In this document: positions 9,483-19,494 of the stretch, in pieces | How positions within the stretch are numbered: the stretch's first letter is position 1 | How the letters are laid out: every line of letters starts with the position of its first letter | NCBI RefSeq assembly: GCF_004010195.1 | Contig: NC_057718.1 | Coordinates: forward strand, 96,557,765-96,579,090 | Length of the DNA stretch: 21,326 bases | Direction: 5' to 3' | Source: Chiloscyllium plagiosum | Lineage: Eukaryota | Made by a program: the position numbers and the translations under genes | The notes under the pieces: model-generated | What the model was told of the DNA's origin: nothing | Seen by the model: only the letters and a program-made list of their open reading frames with translations | The model's database searches: none

Positions 9483-9856
9483 TTCAACTCCCCCTCTCAC
9501 GCCCCCAAGGGCAGACAAGTCCTGGGCCTCGTTTACGGCCAAATCCAGGCCACCACCAACTGGAGGAAGAACGCCTCTCCTTCCGCCTTGAGACCCTTCA
9601 ACCACACGGCATCAACATTGACTTCACTGGTTTCCAAATTTCCCCTCCTACCACCTCATGCCAGATCCAACCCTCCAACTTGACACAGCCCTCTTGACCT
9701 GTCCTATCTGTCCATGTTCCTTCCCACCTATCTGTTCCACACTCCCCTCTGACCTATCACAATCATGCGCCACCTGCCATCCACCTTCCAAGCTACCTAC
9801 TCCTCAGGCCCACCCTCCTATTTATATCTCAGCCCCCTTCCCCCACCCCACATTCC
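9483..9856 (+). mobile_element. Penelope-like element fragment: GIY-YIG endonuclease C-terminus plus 3' UTR, ending at the hammerhead boundary
   Basis: FNSPSHAPKGRQVLGL, frameshift, then LEEERLSFRLETLQPHGINIDFTGF; C-rich UTR homologous to 15835-15921 and to the minus strand of 21060-21326; ends cccacattcc. Confidence 0.82.
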
Positions 9857-11728
9857 CCCGCTCGCTACACCGTGGGACTCAGCCGGTGCTCGCTACACCG
9901 TGGGACTCAGCCTGCACTCGCTCCACGTGGGAATCAGCCCACGCTCGCTCCTCCGTGGGACTCTGCCGGCGGTCGCTCCTCCGTGGGACTCTGCCGGCGG
10001 TCGCTCCTCCGTGGGACTCTGCCGGCGGTCGCTCCACCGTGGGACTCTGCCGGCGGTCGCTCCACCGTGGGACTCTGCCGGCGGTCGCTCCACCATGGGA
10101 CTCAGCCTGTGCTCGCTACACCGTGTGACTCAGCCCGCGCTCTTGCTACACCGTGGGGCTCTGCCTGCAGTCGCTACATCGTGGGACTCAGCCCGCGCTC
10201 GCTCCACCGTGGGACTCAGCCCGCGCTCGCCACACCGTGGGACTCTGCCTGCACTCGCTACATCGTGGGACTCTGCCTGCGCTCGCCACACCGTGGGACT
10301 CTGCCTGCGCTCGCTACATCGTGGGACTCTGCCTGCGCTCGCTACATCGTGGGACTCTGCCTGCGCTCGCTACATCGTGGGACTCAGCCCGCGCTCGCTC
10401 CACCGTGGGACTCTGCCCGCGCTCGCTACATCGTGGGACTCTGCCTGCGCTCGCCACACCGTGGGACTCTGCCTGCGCTCGCTCCACCGTGGGACTCAGC
10501 CCGCGCTCGCTCCACCGTGGGACTCAGCCTGCGCTCGCTCCACCGTGGGACTCTGCCTGCGCTCGCTACACCGTGGGACTCAGTCTGCGCTCGCTCCACT
10601 GTGGGACTCAGCCCGGGCTCGCTCCACCGTGGGACTCTGCCTGCGCTCACTTCACCGTGGGACTCTGCCTGCGCTCGCTCCACCGTGGGACTCTGCCTGC
10701 GCTCGCTCCACCGTGGGACTCAGTCTGCGCTTGCTCCACCGTGGGATTCAGCCTGCGCTCGCTACACCGTGGGACTCAGTCTGCGCTCGCTCCACATGGG
10801 ACTCTGCCTACGCTCGCTACACCGTGGGACTCTGCCTGCGCTCGCTTCACGTGGGACTCTGCCTGCGCTCGCTCCACCGTGGGACTCAGTCTGCGCTCGC
10901 TCCACCGTGGGACTCAGTCTGCGCTCGCTCCACTGTGGGACTCAGCCCGCGCTCGCTCCACCATGGGACTCAGTCTGCGCTCGCTACACCGTGGGACTCA
11001 GCCCGCGCTCGCTCCACTGTGGGACTCAGTCTGCGCTCGCTCCACCGTGGGACTCAGTCTGCGCTCGCTCCACTGTGGGACTCTGCCTGCACTCGCTTCA
11101 CGTGGGACTCAGCCTGCGCTCGCTCCACCGTGTGACTCAGTCTGCGCTCGCTACACCGTGGGACTCAGCCCGCGCTCGCTCCACCATGGGACTCAGTCTG
11201 CGCTCGCTCCACCGTGGGACTCAGTCTGCGCTCGCTCCACTGTGGGACTCTGCCTGCACTTGCTTCACGTGGGACTCAGCCCGCGCTCGCTCCACCGTGG
11301 GACTCAGTCTGCGCTCGCTCCACCGTGGGACTCAGCCCGCGCTCGCTCCACCATGGGACTCAGTCTGCGCTCACTCCACGGTGGGACTCTGCCTGTGCTC
11401 GCTCCACCGTGGGACTCAGTCTGCGCTCGCTACACCGTGGGACTCAGCACGCGCTCGCTCCACCATGGGACTCAGTCTGCGCTCGCTCCACCGTGGGACT
11501 CTGCCTGCACTCGCTCCACGTGGGACTCAGCCCGCGCTCGCTCCACCATGGGACTCAGTCTGCGCTCGCTCCACTGTGGGACTCTGCCTGCACTCGCTTC
11601 ACGTGGGATTCAGCCTGCGCTCGCTCCACCGTGAGACTCAGCCTGCGCTGGCTCCGCCATGGGACTCAGTCGGTGCTCACTCCGCCGTGGGACTCTGTGC
11701 GCACTCACTCCACTGTGGGACTCAGCCT
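9857..11728. repeat. CpG-rich 28-bp minisatellite (VNTR), about 67 units
   Basis: Unit gtgggactc(a/t)gcctgcgctcgctccacc in tandem with no spacers; occasional 27-bp variants. Confidence 0.97.
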
Positions 11729-11899
11729 CCAGTGTACTTCCTATTAAGCCCCATCCCAGGATCTTTTTTATTTCAATCAAGCCATCGCTTGGTTTTCTAA
11801 TTTTGCATCATCACAGGCCCTCATCATCAGTGTCAGTTCCTATAACGGGAACTATGCAGGACTGGTACCTTTTCGCTGTACTCCTGCACTCAAAGGCAT

Positions 11900-12780
11900 G
11901 TGTCAATAAGGTCTAAATCTAAATGTGAACTCTATCAACATCTTTCTTGAAAGTCTCCAATGTTTAGGGCTTCAATAGTATTCCGCGACAGAGAATTCCA
12001 CAAGTGTCCACCATTTTCTGGGTGAACAAATTCCTACTCATCTCTATCTTAAATGTCAACCCCTTATCTTTAGACTGTTACACTGGATGCTGGGTTTCCT
12101 GATCAATATGAACCTCCTTCCTGCATCGACTCTGTCTAATCCTGTCATAATTTTACAGGTTCCTATGAGATTCCTCCCTAATTCTTCTAAACAAGTGGTG
12201 GAGGCTGGTACAATTGCAACAATTTAAGAGGCATTTGGATGGGTATATGAATAGGAAGGGTTTGGAGGGATGTGGGCTGGGTGCTGACAGGTGAGACTAG
12301 ATTGGATTGGGATATCTGGTCAGCATGGATGAGTTGGACCGAAGGGTCTGTACATCTCTATGACTCTATGACTCTATGTAGGGTGAACCAACACAGTCTC
12401 CCTCAGGATGCCAGTCACACCATCTCAGAACTCAGTCTGGTAAAAATTCATTGCACTCCCTCCACATTGAGAACATCCTTCCTGAGATAAGGAGACCAAA
12501 GTTACGCTCAGTGCTTTGGGTGTGGTCTCATCAAGGCCCTGTATAATTGCAGCAAGATATCCCTCCTACTGTACTCAGACCCTATGATGGCTAACCTACC
12601 ATTTACCTCCTTCACCACCTGCTGTACTTGCTTGGGTAGTTTCAGCGACCTGTGTATGATGCCACTGAGGTCTTGTTGCACCTCCTCTTTCTGAATCGAT
12701 GGCCTTCAGATAATAATCTGTCTTCCTTTTTAAGCCACTAAGCTGATCCTTCATTCTAGTTCGCATCACTATCATTAACA
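11900..12780 (-). mobile_element. CR1 LINE ORF2 3' fragment interrupted at 12193-12378
   Basis: Reverse-strand cagagaattccacaag..ttctgggtgaacaaattcct; gataaggagaccaaa..gtgtggtctcatcaaggccctgtataattgcagcaag (LLQLYRALMRPH). Confidence 0.78.
12193..12378 (+). mobile_element. HER1-like CR1 LINE 3' end
   Basis: VVEAGT..FKRHLDGYMNRKGLEG, tail ttggaccgaagggtctgt and (ctatgact)n. Confidence 0.85.
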
Positions 12781-12820
12781 CCGACAAACACTTGCTAGTT
12801 TCTGGATGCACATGTAACAC

Positions 12821-13026
12821 CAGAGTCAATAGATGCAGAGCTGGAAAAGCACAGCAGGTCAGACAGTATCTCATATATTCTGATGGGACTCGGCCTGTGC
12901 TAGCTCCACCGTGAAGCCCGAAACATTGACTTTCCTGCTCCTCTGTTGCCATGTGATCCGCCAAACTTTGCCAGCCTCACATCTATTGACCCTGGCCTCC
13001 GGCATCTTCAGTCCTTATTGTCTCCT
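12821..13026. mobile_element. Degenerate inverted dimer of family 1 repeat carrying one minisatellite unit at its centre
   Basis: Left arm gagtcaatagatg..ctggaaaagcacagcaggtcag, right arm gcccgaaacattgac..catctattgacc..tctcct; degenerate TSD tgcacatgtaacac / tgcacacatgacac. Confidence 0.8.
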
Positions 13027-13257
13027 GCACACATGACACACCTGCAATTTTGAGTTTAACGTGAGGAAATAAAAAGAAGCAATCACATTTTAACTCCAGC
13101 GAGTGAAGAGCATTGGATTGCCAAATGTGAGTTCACTCCTGTTTTATCCCCAGATGGTCAGACGGCTCATCACTTATTGGCCTCAGTTGGCTCACTTTTA
13201 TTGTGGGAATAGTATTTTGTTATATAATATAAATAATATATTTGAATATGTTATGAT

Positions 13258-13479
13258 CCATGAGTTGTTAAAGCGTGGTGCTGGAAAAGGCAGAGCAGGT
13301 CAGTCAGCATCCGAGGAGCAGGAGAGTTGATGTTTCGAGCACAACCCCTCTTCAGTACATATCATATGCCCGAATTGTCAAGTCTCCTGCTCCTCGGATG
13401 CTGACTGACCTGTTGTGTTTTTCCAGCACCACACTTTATCAACTCTGACTCTCTAGCATCTGTAGTCCTCATTTCCTCC
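13258..13479. mobile_element. Inverted dimer of family 1 repeat with ~11-bp TSD
   Basis: tatgttatgat (13247-13257) and tacgttatgat (13480-13490); arms are reverse complements around 13355-13367. Confidence 0.87.
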
Positions 13480-13519
13480 TACGTTATGATTAATAAGATT
13501 TAATATATTATTATTATTG

Positions 13520-13920
13520 CAGGAATAGAGAATTTATAAGGTGTGGTCGGTCACTCTGTCATTCAATTAGATCTGGTTGTAGTCTCAAAACATCATTCCT
13601 AACCTCTGCCAAAACCCTTTAACTCCTTTCTGTGTGAAAACTCTATTTCCTTACGCCTTGAATTAATTCAATGGCTCCACTGGAAGAGAATGCTACAGAC
13701 CAACAATTCCCTGGGAGGAGAACTTTTCTCATCTCTGAAGAGTTCCTCTCCTTTCTATCCTCAACAGGGGACACTCTTATTCTTAAATATTGTCTGCTAC
13801 AGTAGTTCTAGTCTCACCCTTACCAAAGGGAACAGTTTCCAGTTTACATCCTGTTAAACCTCTCCTACGATCCTATATGTATCTCTCAGTTTTCTAATCT
13901 CCTACCTGTACAGGCCAACC
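13520..13920 (-). mobile_element. Old CR1 3' fragment
   Basis: Reverse tail remnants (cattcaattagatc) and ggaagagaatgctacagacc..tttctcatctct..gttctagtctcacc. Confidence 0.55.
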
Positions 13921-14102
13921 TGATCATGGATGTCAGTTCCTATAATGGGAACTATGTAGGACTGATACTTTCAATCCATGGGAGGAAGTGGATTTATAAT
14001 TGATTTGGCTTAAATCTGACTTCCAGTCTAACTCTGAGGGTGCAGTGTCATTAATTTGTTTTTAAAAATTGTTCACAGACTGGTATTTATTGCCCATCCG
14101 CT

Positions 14103-14636
14103 TAGAGTCATAGAGTCATGGAGATGTACAGCGCGGAAACAGACCCTTCGGTCTAACACTTCCACGCCGACCAGATATCTGAAATTAATCTAGTCCTTTT
14201 TCCTAGCACTTGGCCCATATCCTCCTAAACCCTTCCTAATCATGTACCCATCCAGATGTCTTTTAAATGCTGTAACTGTACCAGCCTCCACCGCTTTCTC
14301 TGGCAGCTCATTCCACACAAGTTCCACCCTCTGTGTGAAAACGTTGCCCCTTATGTCTCTTTTATATCTTTCCCTTCTCACCCGAAACCTATGCCCTCTA
14401 GTTCTGGACTCCCCTACCCCAGGGAAAAGACATTGTCTATTTATCCTATCCATGCCCCTCATGATTTTATAAACCTTTATAAGGTCACCCCCTCAGCATC
14501 CGACTCTCCAGGGAAAACAGCCCCAGCCTATTTAACCTCTCCCTATAGCTCAAATCCTCCAACCCTGGCAACATCCTTGTAAATCTTTTCTGAACCCTTT
14601 CAAGTTTCACAACATCTTTCTGACAGCAGGGAGACC
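14103..14636 (-). mobile_element. HER1-like CR1 LINE 3' fragment, relatively young
   Basis: MRGMDRINRQCLFPGVGESRTRGHRFRVRRERYKRDIRGNVFTQRVELVWNELPEKAVEAGTVTAFKRHLDGYM; (agagtcat)n tail. Confidence 0.92.
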
Positions 14637-15091
14637 TTCTTCCTCTTTGTCATTGCACTATACAAAATACCAGCTGTTAGATCAATATGTTTGGAATGAA
14701 AACTCGTTGAATCAAAACCCTCACTACAGCATCAAAAGAGGTCAGTACCAGAAGGAAAATCTGGTAAAATTTGAAAAAGACACACTTACTGATGTGACTC
14801 AATGTGTTCCTCAATGTGGAGATCTAGTGCAGTTGTACCTTCATTTTCAAGTTTTCTGAACTCTTATTTTGTTTGGTCAGAGTATCGCAACTATCCCATT
14901 TATTTGAAAGACTCTCCCTTGGATTTCCCCACATTCTTATTCTATTTTATCCACTGTCCTTTTTAAAGGTTTTGCTTCTATTGTTGTTCCTACAGTGCCT
15001 CACATTTGTAACAACATCTTGAATCATGGAGTTCATCCAAACCCATTGTTTTTCTGGTTAAGTTGCTCATTTTCTAGTAATCACTACTAGT

Positions 15092-15404
15092 GGGCGGCAC
15101 GGTGGCACAGTGGTTAGCACTGCTGCCTCAAAGCGCCAGAGACCCGGGTTCAATTCCCGCCTCAGGCGACTGACTGTGTGGAGTTGGCACGTTCTCCCCG
15201 TGTCTGCGTGGGTTTCCTCCGGGTGCTCCGGTTTCCTCCCACATCACAAAGATGTGCAGGGTCAGGTGAATTGGCCATACTAAATTGCCCGTAGTGCTAG
15301 GTAAGGGGTAAATGTAGGGGTATGGGTGGGTTTCGCTTCAGCGGGTCGGTGTGGACTTGTTGGGCCGAAGGGCCTGTTTCCACACTGTAATCTAATCTAA
15401 TCTA
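15092..15404 (+). mobile_element. HE1 SINE, full length, CpG-rich (young)
   Basis: gggcggcacggtggcacagtggttagc, B box ggttcaattcc, (taatc)n tail; many intact CpGs. Confidence 0.95.
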
Positions 15405-15533
15405 GAAAAGATATCCCCATTACCTTATGGAAATCCTGTAATATTTCAAGCACATCGATCAGATCTTCTCCGAATATTCCAGTGTCTCAGTTATTTACTA
15501 ATGACTAACACCTCTCATTTCATCCAGGGCTTT

Positions 15534-15755
15534 TAAAATAACTCTACAGAGGCTGGTATCCCATCACCAAGTCACACAGAGAGTCCTTGACACTGATCCA
15601 GCTCCCTCACAGCCAGCTCTCAGGGTGAACAGAACCCCTGACACTCCTGTTTACTCTGAGAGACAGGGCTCCCTGACTGGGCCAGGTTAAGAGCCCCAAT
15701 CAAAGAACTCATATTCCATGATGTCCACCTGGTTGAACAAGTTACGATCACTACA
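15534..15755 (-). mobile_element. Solo LTR (probably Gypsy-type)
   Basis: Minus strand starts TGTAGTGAT and ends gttattttA (decayed CA); flanks gcttt / gattt resemble a 5-bp TSD; resembles a common shark LTR from memory. Confidence 0.6.
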
Positions 15756-15834
15756 GATTTGACATCTTTCTGAAAGTAGGGAATGCAAAACTGAACATTT
15801 GGTGAAAATGCTAGATATTAATAGATTTTCCTGT

Positions 15835-16010
15835 TGCCTTCCTAGCTACCTTCCATCAACCCCTCCAGCCCCACCCTCCCATTTACTGCTCAGCCCCCTT
15901 GGGCAGCCCCTGCCCACATTCTAATGAAGGGCATTTGCTTGAAGCATCGACTCCCCTGCTCCTTGGATCTGCCTGACCTGCTGTGCTTTTCCAGTGCCAC
16001 ACTTTTTGAC
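15835..16010 (+). mobile_element. 5'-truncated Penelope insertion (3' UTR plus tail-less hammerhead repeat) with perfect 14-bp TSD
   Basis: atagattttcctgt at 15821-15834 and 16011-16024; decayed core CTAATGA-agggcatttgctt-GAAGC. Confidence 0.88.
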
Positions 16011-16310
16011 ATAGATTTTCCTGTGCCTAGAATTGTTTGGGGTCTATTTGTTAACACTTCTATGCCTAGCCTTTCCTGGACCCAGCTTTTTATTTTGTAT
16101 GATCCCCAACATCTAAAATTCCCAAGGTTAAGGGTTTTCTCAGCCTATGCTTTTCTGGATACTCTTGCAGCCTAGAGTTTTCTGTTGATGTGTAGATTTT
16201 TCAATAGACACTCTTAGGCCTAATCTTCCCTTAGTCTAGATTTTCATCCTGTTTTTGCATATCATTGATGGAAAATCTGCAAGATGCAATGTTTCAGCCC
16301 CCAATGCAAT

Positions 16311-16773
16311 GAGGAGGCAATGACTTTATGGCATTATCACTGGTTTGTTAATCCAGAGAGATGAAAGTGAGTACTGCAGATGCTGGAGATTAGAGTCAAG
16401 GTTAGAGTAGTGCTGGAAAAGCACAGCATCCGAGAAGCAGGAAAATCGACATTTCGGGCAAAAGCCCTTCATCAGGAATGAGACCCAGGTCATTTTCTGA
16501 GGAGCTGGGATCGAATCCCACTGTGGCAGATGGTGGAATTTGAATTCAACAAAAATCTGGAATTAAGAGTCTGTTGATGATTGTGATACAATTGTCAGAA
16601 AAAACTCATCTTGTTCATCAAAGTCATTTAAAGAAGGAAGCTGCTATCCTTACCTAGCCTGGCCTACATGTGACTCCAGACACACAGCAATGTGCATGCT
16701 CTTAACTGCCCTGCATACAATAAATGCTGGCCCAGCCAGTGGCGCCCTCATCCCGTGAATGAATTTTGAAAAA
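16311..16773 (+). mobile_element. tRNA-derived SINE with LINE-like tail, split by a hammerhead repeat
   Basis: Head ggaggcaatgactttatgg..gggatcgaatccc, body ggcctacatgtgactccaga, tail caataaatgctggcccagccag..atcccgtgaatgaat. Confidence 0.8.
16360..16479 (-). mobile_element. Family 1 hammerhead repeat, monomer with tail
   Basis: Minus core attcCTGATGA-agggcttttgccc-GAAATGTC (16448-16479); possible short TSD gaga (16356-16359 / 16480-16483). Confidence 0.88.
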
Positions 16774-17530
16774 GCTCATACAAACTTTCCAGGTTATCCT
16801 GGAGTGCATCAGACCATCGATGTTGTTTCTGAATTGCGAAAGTTATTGCTCAATCGAGGAATATGGTTTTAGCCTGTTCAAAACCCTCTTTGTTAGCAGA
16901 ATGGCTAAGCATTGATATACACTGCCTGAAGTCATACCATTTCTTGTTATCACTAGAAGTGACAGTAAATTTATCACAGCAGCAGGCTTAAAGATAACGC
17001 TACAATAGAGAATGGGACAAAGATGCAAAGGCTCCATTATGTCTGTGAATTGAACAAGATTTAGTTCAGGTTCGGTCACTCAGTTGAACTGGGGGCTTGG
17101 TTCAGTCTCAGAATAATAACAGAGGATGCCAGTGGTTGTTCGACATTTTCCCTTGTGCTGTTGTACATCAGTTCAGAATTCCCAGCATTTTCACTGCCTC
17201 AGTGGAACGGTGTTTGCTTTCTGTTGTTCCATACTCTTATTAGACGCTGTAAATTGTTTGACAGCAATAAATCTGGCAGAGGATGCCATCTGCTTAACAA
17301 AGTTTCTGCTGAGTTCTACAAAATCGATCATATTTTTGGAAAAATTAGAATTTGTGTGTCCGCTACCATGTCCAATTTGACTATACAGGGATTCAATGAT
17401 AGGCTGTTTTAGGGAGGCTTTTGACAAACAGGTAGTTCATGATGTCCTAGACCTGTAAAAGGCCTGATTTGTTTCCTTGTGAATCCCAATCTTAATCACA
17501 ATCCAACCGACTGAACTAAGCCAGAACTGT

Positions 17531-17860
17531 GGGGTGGCATGGTGACTCAATGGTTAACACTGCTGCCTCATAGCGCCAGGGACCCAGGTTTGATTCCACC
17601 TTTGGGCAACTGTCTGTGTGGAGTTTGTACATTTTCCCCGTATCTACGTAAGTTTCCTCCGGATGCTCCAGTTTCCCCCCCCACAATCCAAAGGTGGGCA
17701 GGTTAGGTGGATTGGCCACGCTAAATTGCCAGGGATGTGCAAGTTAAGTGGATTCGCCATGGGAAATGCAAGGATAGGGTAGGGGTTGGGTCTGGGTGGG
17801 ATGCTCTTTGGAAGGCCAATATGGGCTGAATGGCCTGCTTCCACACTGTAGGGATTCTAT
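17531..17860 (+). mobile_element. HE1 SINE with internal tandem duplication
   Basis: Standard head and V-domain; ggttaggtggattggccac repeated as agttaagtggattcgccat. Confidence 0.9.
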
Positions 17861-18290
17861 ACATATTATGGTATAGAGCAGGCAATTGGAGTTAATGTAA
17901 AAAGCCAAATCCAATTTTAATAGACAATTGTTCCAATTCTCTTGTTCCAATTTTTCATGTTTCTTTATGATTTGAAAGTAACACTTAAGTCAGGAGTCAA
18001 GATAAAATGGAATTTAGACCACTGTTTATGGAACGTGAACTTTCCTTATTGAATTGGCTATAACACGATTCTGGCCCCATTCGTTGAAAGGCACGGCCAT
18101 TGCACGATTTTCTTTTAATGCAAGACCGCACGCCAACGCGTAATATCAGAACCGACCGTACACATGTTGCCTGGTCAGAGATTCCTGTAAGCAATAGTGA
18201 ACATAGCAGGGATTATGGGTGGGTTCTTATGGAGGAGATGGGGACCTTAATGGCCAGCTGAAGGACCTCCCTTTTACAGACAGGCCTTGT

Positions 18291-18378
18291 TGAAAAGTGT
18301 GGTGCTGGTAAAGCACAGCAATCAGGCAGCATCCAAGGAGCAGGAGAGTAAATGTCTTGGGTATAAGCCCTTCATCAT
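18291..18378 (-). mobile_element. Family 1 hammerhead repeat, tail-less monomer
   Basis: gtgtggtgctggtaaagcacagc..ataagcccttcatca; possible 7-bp TSD gccttgt (18284-18290 / 18379-18385). Confidence 0.85.
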
Positions 18379-18614
18379 GCCTTGTGGCCACTCAGGCGAT
18401 AGGCAGCACACCAGGGAAGCCTTCAGCTACAACCTGTCAACTAGGATCAAGGGCCCTGGGGTCAGATGGGATCCACTACGATCTGCTGGCCAATCAGAGG
18501 CCGGTAGCTCCCTGCACTCAGTAGTGCCATCAGTACCAGTGGCTGGTGACACCCTTCCCAGCAGACCTTGTACAGAAAAGATGAGCAGCCATTCACAATA
18601 TAAATTAATGATTT

Positions 18615-19494
18615 AAATGAGGGGAGCTAAATGTGATATCTCCAAGTTTGCTAACAAAGTTGGATAGGAGGGTGAAATGTAAAGAGGATGCAGAGGTGTT
18701 GTGATTTGGACAAGTTGAGTGAGTAGGCATACGTGTGGCAGATGCAGTATGATGTTAATAAATGTGAGGCTGCCCACTTCAGTAGCAAACTCAGGAAGGC
18801 AGATTTTCTGAATGGTCCCAAACTGGGGATGGTGAAGGTGCAGTGTGACCTGGGTGTCCTTGTACACCAGCCGCTGAAAGTAAGTACGCAAGAACAGCAA
18901 GCGATGAAGAGGACTAATGGTACGATGGCCTTCATAGCAAGAGGATTCCAGTAAAGGAGCAGGGATGCCTTGCTCCAATTGCACAGAGGAGAAAGCGAAG
19001 ACTGCAGAGGCTGGAGATCAGAGTCGAGAGTGTAGTCTGGTAAAGCACAGCAGGTCAGGCAGCACCCGAGGAGCAGGAGAATCGATGTTTCAGGCCTAAG
19101 CCCTTCATCAGGAATCCTAATGAAGGGCTTATGCCCAAAAAGTCAATTCCCCTGTTCCTCAGGTGCTGCCTGACCTGCTGTGCTTTTCCAGCACCACACT
19201 CTCAACCCCAATTGCACAGAGCCTTGATGAGACCACACCTGGAATATTGTGCAGAGTTTTGATCTCCTTATCTGAGGAAGGATGCTCTGGCAATGGAGGT
19301 GCAGCGAAGGTTTACCAGACTGATTCCTGAGGTGGCAGGGCTGATGTATGAAAAGAGATTAGATCGGTTAGGACTTTAATCACTGGAGTTCAGAAGAATG
19401 TGAAGGGATCTTATAGAAATCTCTGAAATTCGAACAAGACTTGACAGGGAAAATGCAGGAAGGATGTTCCTCATGATCAGGGGAATCCAGAACC
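18615..19494 (+). mobile_element. CR1 LINE reverse transcriptase fragment split by an inverted dimer
   Basis: ISKFAN..WQMQYDVNKCEAAHF..VQCDLGVLVH..RDALLQLH|RALMRPHLEYC..RRFTRLIPEVAGLMYEKRLDRLGL. Confidence 0.9.
18989..19207. mobile_element. Inverted dimer of family 1 repeat with perfect 14-bp TSD
   Basis: ccaattgcacagag at 18975-18988 and 19208-19221; centre ttcatcagg-aat-cctaatgaa. Confidence 0.92.

Noticed and set aside
9857..11728. CRISPR array
   Set aside because: Units are contiguous with no unique spacers, no cas genes, and the context is vertebrate.
9765..11800. Long ORFs of 456, 493 and 642 aa
   Set aside because: They overlap in all three plus frames with the same 28-aa period because the 28-bp unit has no plus-strand stop; 27-bp units shift frame freely.
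15092..15165. tRNA genes at SINE heads (also 1388, 6220-6290, 17531)
   Set aside because: A/B boxes run straight into SINE V-domain and LINE tail; these are tRNA-derived SINE heads.
16843..17427. Overlapping 78-85 aa ORFs
   Set aside because: No recognisable domain, mostly non-ATG starts, present on both strands; consistent with chance.
18030..18600. Possible non-autonomous DNA transposon around ggccaatcagaggccgg
   Set aside because: Looks repeat-like, but I could not find terminal inverted repeats or a TSD.
18615..19494. Active reverse transcriptase gene
   Set aside because: Stops, frameshifts, a decayed catalytic motif and an internal insertion.
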